NCBI GenBank assembly: GCA_951541495.1
Contig: CATOCL010000003.1
Location: 48,485-112,484, forward strand
Direction: 5' to 3'
Source of the DNA: an uncultured Planktomarina sp.
GTDB taxonomy: Bacteria; Pseudomonadota; Alphaproteobacteria; Rhodobacterales; Rhodobacteraceae
DNA: 64,000 nt
Positions within the stretch are counted from its first letter, which is position 1; every line of letters begins with the position of its first letter. The notes under the pieces are model-generated. The model searched no databases and had not been told where the DNA came from. It saw nothing but the letters and a program-made list of their open reading frames with translations. Below are positions 47,364 to 56,551 of this stretch, piece by piece. The position numbers and the translations under genes were made by a program.

Positions 47364-48794
47364 ATGGAAAAAAAGAGAAAATTTTCTGGATCAGAGTTGT
47401 GCAAGTATGAGGCACATGAGGCCGTTAAACTTTTAAAAAATGGTGACGTGTCTTCTGGTGAGTTACTTGACGCAGCGACAAAGCGAATTTCGCAAACTGG
47501 CAAGATAATTAATGCGACAACTACGCTTTGTGAAGAGCGCGCCAGAACTGCAGCTAAATTTCTAGATAACACAGAAGATAGCCACGACGGATGGTTAGCT
47601 GGTCTCCCTATTACAATTAAAGATTTAAAAATGGTGGCCGGTGTTCGCACAACATATGGAAGTAAGGGTTTTTCTGATTTCATACCGGAGGAAAGTGATC
47701 CGCTTGTAGAACTTCTTGAGGCGCGTGGTGGAATTGTTTTGGGTAAAACAAATACCCCAGAATTTGGCGCTGGTGGAAATACTTTTAACGAGGTGTTTGG
47801 TCCAACCCTGAACCCCTGGGATACGAGTTTGAATGCTGGAGGGTCATCTGGTGGTGCTGCGGCATCACTTGCAACGGGAGAGATCTGGCTTAGTCACGGA
47901 AGTGATCATGGTGGTAGCCTTCGTACGCCTGCTGCTTATTGCGGTATTGTTGGTTTGCGGCCTAGTCCCGGTATTGCGGGGGGACCGGATAAAGATAATG
48001 CTTTCATGATTGAGGGGACCCAGGGGCCGATGGCTCGATCTGTTATGGATTGCGCGCTTTTTCTGGATGCTATGTCTGGATATGATCCAAGAATTGCAAT
48101 TTCTTTTCCTCACCCAAAAACTTCTTACCAAGATGCAGTGAGGCATGTTCCCAGTAAACTTGCCATAGCATTTTCTTCTGACCTAGGAGGTTTTGGGCAG
48201 GTTGATAAGGAGATGGATAATCATCTGCGTGGCATTTTGCTGATGCTAGAAAACAACGGAGCAGAGATTGAAGAAACCTGCCCTGACCTTTCAGAACTTG
48301 AAAAAACTTACCATACCCTCAGAGGAGTGATGTGGGCGACAGCCGCCAGGGGCTTGCCGGAAGAGGTTAAGCGCCATTTTAAACCTACCCTGGCTCAAAA
48401 TACAGCTTTTGGACAATCCCTATCAATAGATGACATTATTGATGCAAATATTAACCGCTCAAAAATCTATAATAGAATGGTAAAGCTTTTCGAAAAATAC
48501 GATGTTTTAGCCTGCCCAACTGTTGGTTGCATGCCTCACAGTCAGTCTGAGGAGTGGGTAGATAATGTTGGTGGAGTTAAACTATCAGGTTACATGGATT
48601 GGTTGCGATTTGCATTTTTAGCCACAACGGCAGGCTTGCCATCCATTTCTGTTCCAGTGGGATTGGGTCCAAGAGGATTGCCGGTTGGCTTACAGTTGAT
48701 AGGAAGGCCACGCGGAGAGGCAAAGCTTTTGTCTGCTGCACGACTGGTTGAATTAACAGTAGGTGGGCCCCTAGGTCCGATTGATCCAATTTGA
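47364..48794 (+). CDS. Amidase-signature family amidase
   Basis: GGSSGGAAASLA plus upstream KDL...T..GS; 476 aa. Confidence 0.85.
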   Translation: MEKKRKFSGSELCKYEAHEAVKLLKNGDVSSGELLDAATKRISQTGKIINATTTLCEERARTAAKFLDNTEDSHDGWLAGLPITIKDLKMVAGVRTTYGSKGFSDFIPEESDPLVELLEARGGIVLGKTNTPEFGAGGNTFNEVFGPTLNPWDTSLNAGGSSGGAAASLATGEIWLSHGSDHGGSLRTPAAYCGIVGLRPSPGIAGGPDKDNAFMIEGTQGPMARSVMDCALFLDAMSGYDPRIAISFPHPKTSYQDAVRHVPSKLAIAFSSDLGGFGQVDKEMDNHLRGILLMLENNGAEIEETCPDLSELEKTYHTLRGVMWATAARGLPEEVKRHFKPTLAQNTAFGQSLSIDDIIDANINRSKIYNRMVKLFEKYDVLACPTVGCMPHSQSEEWVDNVGGVKLSGYMDWLRFAFLATTAGLPSISVPVGLGPRGLPVGLQLIGRPRGEAKLLSAARLVELTVGGPLGPIDPI

Positions 48795-48819
48795 ATTGGA
48801 TAAAAATACCTTTGAAACC

Positions 48820-50202
48820 TTAATCTATACTCAAGCCACTGGGTACACGTTCAGGTATACCAAGACTCCCCAAGGAAGATGTCTTTCCGGTTAGGCTGCT
48901 CAGGAAACTTAATATATCGGAGACTTCAGCGTCGTTTAATGAAATTGGAGAAATGTCCACTTTGGCAGCTTGCCTGGCAATCTCAAGCGGATCCGACTGA
49001 ACTACAAAGTCTATGCCTTCCAACCAGGGAACATTTGGCAAAGCAGCCATTTCTCGTTCCCACTTCAATCGCATAGATTTTGGGTCTAGATGGTGGCGAA
49101 CTATCCCCTCTAAAGTTGGATATGCGCCATTATGTCCGTATGGTGCTGTTAGAAGAATATTACGGAGGCGTGGCGTTTTGAAGCGATACGCATCCTCAAT
49201 CTTGTCACTTTCACCCATACGCCCTGTGTCACGGGCCGCTGGATCAAATCGCCTAGTCCGGCCGGGACCAAAGGCTGGTAGTGATAAAGCATAAAAATTT
49301 TGATCGCTGAATAAAGGTCCACTGTGACAAGTTGAGCAGCCACCCTTGCCAAAGAAAACCTTTCGACCACGCTCTGCTGGTTTGGGCAGGGCAATCTTGT
49401 CATTAATGAATTCATCGTAGGCGCTGTCATAACTCTGCCACTCAATGTTTATAAAATCACCTAATGCTTTAGCTATCTCAACGATTGTGACCTGTTCTGG
49501 TTTATCTATATTTTCAAACGCTTCCACAAACATCTGACCATACTCTGGTATTATTCTGACCCTTTTTGCCAAGATGGGCCAAGCGGCATCAATCCTGTCG
49601 TGAATAGCTCCTGCAATTTCATTTTCCCGTGGATTTCCTGCCATTTCAAATTGAGCCACAAGTGGAAAAATTGCTTGAGCCGAAATAACTGAATCTAAGC
49701 CAGCTGGAAGCCATTCCTCTGCGGGTGAGTTGAAACCATTTTGATAGATATCACTAATTTCAAGTCGACCATCATGAAATACCACCGTTATTGATTGGTG
49801 CCCCAAATTCCATAAAGAACTCGCATTTCGTGGTATGCGCTTACGAATTTTATTGGTACCAACGCCGGCTGTTCGCTCAGGCCCTAAGCCAATTCCACCC
49901 TCTCCAATCCCAAGGCTCAGGCCATCTCCACCACCGTGTTTGGGATGGTGACATGTACTGCAACTTATATTGCGGTTGCCAGAAAGGATTTTGTCATAGA
50001 ATAAAAATTGCCCAATTTTTGCTTTTTTAGGATCAGAAGGCTGAAACTGACTTTGCAATAATGGATATTGTTCGGCAGACATAGGTAAGGCACAAAGGAT
50101 AAGGAGAGTTAAAACATGTGGTACTTTCAGCCAAGAGTTATAAGCGGATGTATTGTAATCCTCATGAGCTTGATGATTATCATTAGTGGATCGCCAGGTC
50201 AT
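48820..50202 (-). CDS. Di-haem cytochrome c peroxidase / MauG family protein
   Basis: Two CxxCH motifs (CSTCHHP, CSTCHSG) and FKTPRLRNILLTAPYGHNG. The start is uncertain: ATG 50202 or non-canonical CTG 50130. The upstream 126 codons of the track ORF are antisense to the Sel1 gene and were rejected. Confidence 0.75.
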   Translation of the reverse strand: MTWRSTNDNHQAHEDYNTSAYNSWLKVPHVLTLLILCALPMSAEQYPLLQSQFQPSDPKKAKIGQFLFYDKILSGNRNISCSTCHHPKHGGGDGLSLGIGEGGIGLGPERTAGVGTNKIRKRIPRNASSLWNLGHQSITVVFHDGRLEISDIYQNGFNSPAEEWLPAGLDSVISAQAIFPLVAQFEMAGNPRENEIAGAIHDRIDAAWPILAKRVRIIPEYGQMFVEAFENIDKPEQVTIVEIAKALGDFINIEWQSYDSAYDEFINDKIALPKPAERGRKVFFGKGGCSTCHSGPLFSDQNFYALSLPAFGPGRTRRFDPAARDTGRMGESDKIEDAYRFKTPRLRNILLTAPYGHNGAYPTLEGIVRHHLDPKSMRLKWEREMAALPNVPWLEGIDFVVQSDPLEIARQAAKVDISPISLNDAEVSDILSFLSSLTGKTSSLGSLGIPERVPSGLSID

Positions 50203-50625
50203 GCTGAGCTTGAGGAAGCGCGAGACCTTATGGAGAATGGAAAATTTTCTGAAGCGCGGGCTGCTCTTTGGCCTGCTGCTCGCTCCGGAAATGCGGAAGC
50301 GGAAGAGTTGATTGGCGTGATGTATGCAATGGGTCTTGGAGTAGAGCAGGATTATCAACGCGCATTTGAGTGGTATTTGCGTAGTGCGATGAAGGGACAC
50401 CCGGGGGCACAGTCTGGTGTTGGGTGGTATTATGAGGTTGGCCTTGGAATGCCTTCGGTGGACCTTACGCGCGCCTACATGTGGTATGTTCTTTCTGCGA
50501 TCGGCAATGATCCTGACGCCATGATAAGCCAAGAAGAGGTCGTTAAAAAAATGACAAAAGAGCAGATAGATAAAGCGCATATTTTAATCGATGATTACCG
50601 TGTTTGGCTCTATCCTTTTAGATAG
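50116..50625 (+). CDS. Sel1-repeat (SLR/TPR-like) secreted protein
   Basis: AAGGAG RBS at 50101-50106, signal-like N-terminus, Sel1 repeats (AEELIGVMYAMGLGVEQDYQRAFEWYLRSAMKGHPGAQSGVGWYYEVGLG). Confidence 0.75.
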   Translation: MWYFQPRVISGCIVILMSLMIIISGSPGHAELEEARDLMENGKFSEARAALWPAARSGNAEAEELIGVMYAMGLGVEQDYQRAFEWYLRSAMKGHPGAQSGVGWYYEVGLGMPSVDLTRAYMWYVLSAIGNDPDAMISQEEVVKKMTKEQIDKAHILIDDYRVWLYPFR

Positions 50626-50663
50626 GCTAAGACCCAAGGTTTTATACTGATTAGTTTGAGATA

Positions 50664-50694
50664 GATGCCGCACAGGAAAAGCCTGTACGGCATC
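50664..50694. terminator. Hairpin between convergent Sel1 and TRAP-SBP genes (possible bidirectional terminator)
   Basis: GATGCCGCACAGG-aaaag-CCTGTACGGCATC, 12 of 13 paired; flanking T/A runs are weak. Confidence 0.5.
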
Positions 50695-50704
50695 TTCGTA
50701 AGTA

Positions 50705-51763
50705 TTATTCGATATCAGCGGATCGACCTGCACTTAGGTCAGCTTCTGCTGAAGCAACAGCTGACGTTAAGGCATTAAATACAGCCTCGCCACCATCTAC
50801 GTTTGACTTAAACCAGTCATAAACGGGTGCGGCAGCCTTTTTGAATGCAGCCTTTTCCCCTGGTGTTGGAACATACAGATCACCACCACCTGTAACAAAA
50901 TCAGCATAGGCTTGGATTGACTTACGTTTTGGTGATGCAAAAGTAGCTTGCTGTAATTGAGCAAACCCATCTACTATGATTGTTCGGTGGCCAGCTGGCA
51001 TTGACATAAATTTGTCATTAGACATCCACCAAAGCGCTCCCATGTATGCGTGACCGTCAAGGGTTACATACTGTAAGCCTGCATCAGGAAATTTCATGCC
51101 CATGATGTCAGTGATGCCATTCTTAGAGCCCTCAACTACACCAGTTTGGAATGATGTAAATAGTTCTGGCCATGGAATTGGAGTAGGTGATGCGCCAAGA
51201 GCTTTAACTAGTTCCTGAGGCAGGTCTGCTACAACAGTTCGAATTTTTAAACCTTCCATATCACTTGGGCTTTGGACGCGACGTTTTGTATTGGCAAAAT
51301 TACGCCATCCACCGGTGTTACCAATTGTCATCAGGCGAATTTTTCCACCTGAATTTTCCAGAGCCATTTTTCGAACAGTACGAGTAAAATCACCAGATAG
51401 GACATGTTCTGCAACCCGGTCATCGGCCATTAAATAAGGCAAATCTAGCACTTGAACATATGGAAAAATTCCTGCTGCGCCGCCAGACGTCGAAATGTAG
51501 ACATCTATAGAGCCATCGGCCACACCTTGGAGGCATTCAGCGCCCTTTGAGCAGAGCTGCGTGCCAATAAACAATTCGACTTCAATTGCTCCATTTGATG
51601 CGCTTTCAACATAGTTTTTAAAAACAACAAGACCGTCATAGTCTTCGTCATTTTCGTTTGAGTTCGCTGTAGCGCGAATAGTAAAGTCTGCCGCTTGTGC
51701 TGAAATAGCACCCGCCACAAGAAGTGCCACCAATGTAAGTGACTTTGTTATACCTTTTAGCAT
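50705..51763 (-). CDS. TRAP transporter substrate-binding protein (DctP family)
   Basis: Signal peptide ending AQA-AD, 352 aa, DctP-family pattern, last gene of the QMP set. Confidence 0.85.
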   Translation of the reverse strand: MLKGITKSLTLVALLVAGAISAQAADFTIRATANSNENDEDYDGLVVFKNYVESASNGAIEVELFIGTQLCSKGAECLQGVADGSIDVYISTSGGAAGIFPYVQVLDLPYLMADDRVAEHVLSGDFTRTVRKMALENSGGKIRLMTIGNTGGWRNFANTKRRVQSPSDMEGLKIRTVVADLPQELVKALGASPTPIPWPELFTSFQTGVVEGSKNGITDIMGMKFPDAGLQYVTLDGHAYMGALWWMSNDKFMSMPAGHRTIIVDGFAQLQQATFASPKRKSIQAYADFVTGGGDLYVPTPGEKAAFKKAAAPVYDWFKSNVDGGEAVFNALTSAVASAEADLSAGRSADIE

Positions 51764-51793
51764 ATTGTCCTCCCTAGAGTTTTGCTGTGCAGG

Positions 51794-53083
51794 CTAGTTT
51801 ACGAAACCCGTTAAACGTGGAATCGTCATGGAAATGGCTGGTATATAAGTTATTAAGAAAATAACAAATATTTCAACCAAAAGAAATGGAATAATTGCTC
51901 GGGCAATAGCTTCAACGCGTTCCCCTGAAACAGATGAAGCAACAAAAAGCACTAAACCCATTGGTGGTGTTGCTAAGCCAACTGTCAAATTAACACTCAT
52001 AATTATGGCAAAATGAATTGGATCTACGCCTAGGCTTATAAAGATTGGTCCTAAGATTGGTCCTAAGATTATAATAGCTGGGCCAGCATCTAAAAACATT
52101 CCAACTACAAAAAGTAAAATATTTATTAAAAATAATAAAACGAGTGGATTGTTAGATAACGACACAATGTAAACAGCTAGAATTTCTGGTGCGTGACTGA
52201 GACTAACCACCGTTTTGAAAGCCATTGCAGCGCCAACCAAAAGTAACACTACAGAAGACGTCATTGCGGCCTTTGTCAGTACGCCTGGAAGGTCATGTAA
52301 ACTCAGTGACCGAAGTACAAATAAGCCAATAAACGTGGCGTACCCTACGGCGACAGCAGCGGCTTCTGTTGGAGTAAAAATTCCACCAAGAATGCCACCA
52401 AGAATAATAATAGGTGTTAACAGTGGAAAAAAGGCTTTTAAGCTCGCTTGGCCTCGTTCGTTCCAAGTATACTTTGCGCTTGCTATGGGAAAGTCATAAC
52501 GGTCGGCCATTACCTTAACCGTCATCATTAACCCAAGACCAACCATTACTCCTGGGACAATACCTGCCAAAAACAATGCTGCAACGCTCTCCCCCATGAC
52601 GTAAGCATAAATTATCATAATTCCAGACGGGGGTATAATTGGCCCAATAACCGAGCTAGCGGCGGTTATTGCCGCTGCAAATTTGCGGGTATAGCCTTGC
52701 TTTTCCATAGCAGGAATTAACATGGATCCCAGCGCTGAAGTATCAGCGACGGCTGACCCAGATAGTCCTGCAAATAACATTGAAGATAAGATGTTGACGT
52801 GTGCTAAGCCTCCCCGCAGGTGACCCATCATTGCTTGTGCAAATTCCACAAGCCGACTGGTAATTCCGCCCCGGTTCATCAACTCTCCTGCGAGCATAAA
52901 AAAAGGTATGGCCATTAACGGGAAGCTATCGATCCCGTTGTATACGTTGCGATAAAGCAAAGCGATGTCTCTTTCTTGGCCATTGAGCCACAAGAGCAAT
53001 CCAGGAGCTGCTAATAGACCAAAAAAAACTGGCAACCCAATAACTAGGAAAATTAAAAATAGGGGGAGAAACCAAAGTAACAT
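51794..53083 (-). CDS. TRAP transporter large permease (DctM family)
   Basis: 429 aa polytopic membrane protein; start overlaps the dctQ-like stop. Confidence 0.88.
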   Translation of the reverse strand: MLLWFLPLFLIFLVIGLPVFFGLLAAPGLLLWLNGQERDIALLYRNVYNGIDSFPLMAIPFFMLAGELMNRGGITSRLVEFAQAMMGHLRGGLAHVNILSSMLFAGLSGSAVADTSALGSMLIPAMEKQGYTRKFAAAITAASSVIGPIIPPSGIMIIYAYVMGESVAALFLAGIVPGVMVGLGLMMTVKVMADRYDFPIASAKYTWNERGQASLKAFFPLLTPIIILGGILGGIFTPTEAAAVAVGYATFIGLFVLRSLSLHDLPGVLTKAAMTSSVVLLLVGAAMAFKTVVSLSHAPEILAVYIVSLSNNPLVLLFLINILLFVVGMFLDAGPAIIILGPILGPIFISLGVDPIHFAIIMSVNLTVGLATPPMGLVLFVASSVSGERVEAIARAIIPFLLVEIFVIFLITYIPAISMTIPRLTGFVN

Positions 53084-53664
53084 TAAGTCGCTCTTTCCAA
53101 ATTAGGAATGGGCCTGAGCTTTATATTTTTATCAAACAAAACGAGCAGTTGGCGAACTATCATTTCAATATTTACAACAATCATTAGGGCCACACCCGTA
53201 AACATCGACAAATACATCCAAGCCAGTTTTATTTTTATAGCCTTTAGTCCAACTAAAGTGGCTGGAATTTTTAGTGACGCACTAGAGAACAACCACCCGG
53301 AGTTAACGTGATTCCAACCCAACTGCACGGCTATGAAAAGTACAATTAATGAAGTGCCTGCCAAGATAAGTGCTAGTAAAGAAACACCTTGGCGTGGCAG
53401 GAACCTATGTAAAGTGTCAATTGCTACAAAACCGCTTTGTCTTAAAGCTATGGGCGCCATCAGGCCAGTCAACCAAAGCATTAAGAAACGGGCAGCTTCA
53501 TCTGGCCAGGGTAGAGCATTATTTAAAACGTATCGACAAAATACCTGCAGCAAAATAACAAAAACCATTAAGGCTAAAGCAATCACAGATATGTATCGCC
53601 CAATTCTGCCCGCAAAATCATTAAAGAACTGCAAGGGTCTTAATATTTCAATTAAAACCTTCAC
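53083..53664 (-). CDS. TRAP transporter small permease (DctQ family)
   Basis: 193 aa, four TM segments, WPDEAARFLMLW motif region. Confidence 0.82.
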   Translation of the reverse strand: MKVLIEILRPLQFFNDFAGRIGRYISVIALALMVFVILLQVFCRYVLNNALPWPDEAARFLMLWLTGLMAPIALRQSGFVAIDTLHRFLPRQGVSLLALILAGTSLIVLFIAVQLGWNHVNSGWLFSSASLKIPATLVGLKAIKIKLAWMYLSMFTGVALMIVVNIEMIVRQLLVLFDKNIKLRPIPNLERAT

Positions 53665-53704
53665 CTTAACTTAAAACCTTTCTTAGTGTGGTTTTGATTC
53701 ATTT

Positions 53705-54589
53705 TTAAGGTACCTCGTGTCCGTTAGCGGCAGCGTAGATGTCAAACCATGTTTCACGGTTTATTTCTAATTTTAAACATCGCGATAAGTTTTTAATTCG
53801 GTCAAGTGAGTTGGTACCCATCACTGGAGCAATATGTGCCGGGTGGAACATTAGCCATGCAACGGCAGCAGCAGCAGCATCGCCTTCTCCTATTTCTGTA
53901 AGAATTTTTAACAGCTCTGAATTTTTTTCTGAGAAAAGCGTTCCACCTGCTAAGGGTGACCACGCCATCGGGACTTTGCCTCGTTCTTGTAAAAACGCTA
54001 AGTCGCCGTTAGTTAGGGCGGAGTTTTCCGTTACACTTACTTCGATCTGATTGGTGACCAATGAATTCTTCATTGCAGATTGCAGTAACGTCCAGTCGTG
54101 TGGTTTGAAGTTAGAGACCCCAACACTTAAAACTTTTCCAGAGGCCACAACATCGTCTAATGCCATGCCTGTTTCGTTATGGTCCATCAATGGATCTGGT
54201 CGGTGGATTAATAAAAGATCGATGTGATCTATATTCATAAGCCGTAATGAGTGATCAACCGAAGCCTTAATATGCGCAGCGGATGTGTCGTAATGTTTTA
54301 CTTTAACGTGAGCATATCGACCTGCCCCTACCAAAATATCGCATTTAGTTATTATTTCAATTTGATCTCTCAGTTTTGGAGATGAGCTTAGTGCAGCGCC
54401 AAAAAGTTCTTCTGCAAGATAGCCACCATATATGTCAGCCTGATCTATTGTGGTAATTCCCTGCTCCAGGCAAGCTTCAATCTTTGACTGAATATGTCTA
54501 GGCTCTGTGTTAGAGTCGTCTCCTAGACGCCACATGCCGTATATAATGCGACTAATTGATAAGTTTTTATTGAGTGATATGCGTTCCAT
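53705..54589 (-). CDS. Aldo-keto reductase, YdhF-like
   Basis: SRIIYGMWRLGD...GITTIDQADIYGGYLAEELFGAAL, collinear with E. coli YdhF as I recall it. Its start shares nt 54589 with the upstream monooxygenase stop. Confidence 0.8.
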   Translation of the reverse strand: MERISLNKNLSISRIIYGMWRLGDDSNTEPRHIQSKIEACLEQGITTIDQADIYGGYLAEELFGAALSSSPKLRDQIEIITKCDILVGAGRYAHVKVKHYDTSAAHIKASVDHSLRLMNIDHIDLLLIHRPDPLMDHNETGMALDDVVASGKVLSVGVSNFKPHDWTLLQSAMKNSLVTNQIEVSVTENSALTNGDLAFLQERGKVPMAWSPLAGGTLFSEKNSELLKILTEIGEGDAAAAAVAWLMFHPAHIAPVMGTNSLDRIKNLSRCLKLEINRETWFDIYAAANGHEVP

Positions 54590-55746
54590 TATTTACGAGA
54601 TCCGTTTCCTAAGGGCGTTTTGGGGACACCTGGTAGCACACGACCATATTCATGGGGAAGCGAGCAGGTTTTTAATTCGGGCAAAACTAATTTACCCACG
54701 TAGTCACATTCTTCAAGGTGTGGGTACCCTGAAAAGATAAAAGATCGCATTCCCATTTTCTGATACGTCTCAATCTCTGTAAGGACCTGATCAGCGGATC
54801 CTACCAGTGCGGCTCCACAACCAGATCGTGCGCGCCCAACACCAGTCCACAGGTGTGGTTCTATAAACCCATCCATATCAGCCAAATCTCGGTTTCTAGA
54901 CTGCCGAGATACTCCAAGTGAAGTACTATCAAGGGCGCGTTCGCGTATTAAGCTTCCAGTATCATCATCTAGCCTGGATACTAATTCCTGTGCAAACTCT
55001 CGGGCCTCAGTTTCGGTGTCCCGAACCACCATATGAACCCTTAGTCCATAATCTAGAGTTCTATTATATGCTCTTGCCCTATCGTTCACTACCATCATTC
55101 TATTGGCGAGATCCTCTTTTGTCTCTGGCCACATAAGGTAGACATCGCAATGTTCTGCACATAGCTCGATGGCGTCTGGTGAGTAACCACCAAAATACAA
55201 GAGTGGACCGCCTTTTTGCTGATAAGGTTGAGCTGGCTCTGTGCTTACGTCATGAAAGTTGTAAATATCCCCCTCAAAGTTAATCTTATCTTGGGTCCAA
55301 GCTTGTTTCAGTATCTGAACCACTTCATTTGATCTTTTATAGCGATATGAGCTTGGCTCTTTTTGACCAGGAAAGTCTGATGAAATTATGTTTAGGGTGA
55401 GCCGTCCACTAAGCATATGATCCAGAGTTGCAATGGTGCGTGCAAGCATGATTGGTTGCATTTCTCCACAGCGTATGGCGGCTAGAAGATTAATATTTTT
55501 GGTAATTGGCGCGCAACCTGCCACGAAAGATAAAGTGTCTTGACCGACCTGATAAGATGAGGGGCAAAGAATATTGCGAAACCCGTTAGCTTCAGCTGAT
55601 TTAACAATGTTGCTGCAATGTGACCAAGATGATCTAAGTTCACCATCTGGAATCCCAAGATATTTATAATCATCAGAGCACAACGCAGAAAACCACGATA
55701 CTTCGGCAGCATTAAGGTCTGGAGAAGTAATTGGGACTAGGGTCAT
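54589..55746 (-). CDS. FMNH2-dependent alkanesulfonate monooxygenase family (SsuD-like, LLM class) enzyme
   Basis: Collinear with E. coli SsuD as I recall it: PLLYFGGYSPDAIELCAEHCDVYLMWPE, LRVHMVVRDTETEAREFAQELVSRLDDDT, HLWTGVGRARSGCGAALVGSADQV...FIFSGYPHLEE. Confidence 0.8.
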   Translation of the reverse strand: MTLVPITSPDLNAAEVSWFSALCSDDYKYLGIPDGELRSSWSHCSNIVKSAEANGFRNILCPSSYQVGQDTLSFVAGCAPITKNINLLAAIRCGEMQPIMLARTIATLDHMLSGRLTLNIISSDFPGQKEPSSYRYKRSNEVVQILKQAWTQDKINFEGDIYNFHDVSTEPAQPYQQKGGPLLYFGGYSPDAIELCAEHCDVYLMWPETKEDLANRMMVVNDRARAYNRTLDYGLRVHMVVRDTETEAREFAQELVSRLDDDTGSLIRERALDSTSLGVSRQSRNRDLADMDGFIEPHLWTGVGRARSGCGAALVGSADQVLTEIETYQKMGMRSFIFSGYPHLEECDYVGKLVLPELKTCSLPHEYGRVLPGVPKTPLGNGSRK

Positions 55747-55831
55747 TTCAAGGCAGGAATAATCGTTTGCATTTGTTCATTAAAACCTGCATCAAAAACT
55801 AAATCAATGGTGTATCAATTTAGGATGGGCT

Positions 55832-56542
55832 GTGACGCAGAATGGTAACTCAGGTTCTTTGCCGGCCTATATCAAAATTAGCGAAGTCATTGCGCGACGC
55901 ATTAATGCGGGTCAGATTTTAGCTGGAGATCGATTGCCAAACGAGCGGACAATGGCTGTAGAATTTGGTGTGGCCGTAGGGACGTTGCGCAAAGCTTTGT
56001 ATCATCTACAGGTTCGAGGTCTTGTTACACGAAAGCATGGTTCTGGTAACTATATTAATAAATCTTCAGAGGCCACAAACGTTTACTCGTTTTTTAGGCT
56101 TGAATCCCTTGTTGGGGCTGGGCTTCCAACCGCCCGGTTAATTTCCATAAAAAGAAAAAAAAAGCCCTTAAATACACCTTATTTTGGTCCTGATAGGGAG
56201 GCATTCCGCTTCCGCAGATTGCGATTTTTAGATGACATCCCTGTGGCGCTGGAAGAGATTTGGCTTGATGGATCAATTGCTGCCACATTAAATCAAAGTG
56301 AGATCTCAGAATCTTTGTATCACACATATCAATCACGCTTTGGCTTTTGGATTGTTCGTGCTGAAGATTACGTCACTTTTTCCCCAGTTCCAGATTGGGG
56401 GGTAGATCAATTTGGTTTGAAGCCTGGCGATACAGCGGGCTATATCGAAAGAATCGCTTGGGCCAATACGGGTGGTGAGCTTGAATTTTCACGCAGCTGG
56501 TATGATCCTGGTGTTGCAAGATATGTAGCAAGAATTAAATAA
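55832..56542 (+). CDS. GntR-family transcriptional regulator (HutC/UTRA subfamily)
   Basis: GTG start; LPNERTMAVEFGVAVGTLRKALYHLQVRGLVTRKHGSGNYI winged-helix plus a UTRA-like C-terminal half. Confidence 0.85.
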   Translation: MTQNGNSGSLPAYIKISEVIARRINAGQILAGDRLPNERTMAVEFGVAVGTLRKALYHLQVRGLVTRKHGSGNYINKSSEATNVYSFFRLESLVGAGLPTARLISIKRKKKPLNTPYFGPDREAFRFRRLRFLDDIPVALEEIWLDGSIAATLNQSEISESLYHTYQSRFGFWIVRAEDYVTFSPVPDWGVDQFGLKPGDTAGYIERIAWANTGGELEFSRSWYDPGVARYVARIK

Positions 56543-56551
56543 GGAAACTGA

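Noticed and set aside
50203-50580. N-terminal 126 codons of the 586-aa track ORF (peroxidase extension)
   Set aside because: The extension is antisense to the Sel1-repeat gene, which has a strong RBS and recognisable repeats. It is Arg/His-rich and has no peroxidase homology.
55803-55819. Possible GntR/HutC operator in the divergent control region (ATCAAT-GGTGT-ATCAAT)
   Set aside because: It is a direct repeat rather than an inverted one, and matches only half of the GGTnTAnACC-type HutC consensus. It is suggestive only.
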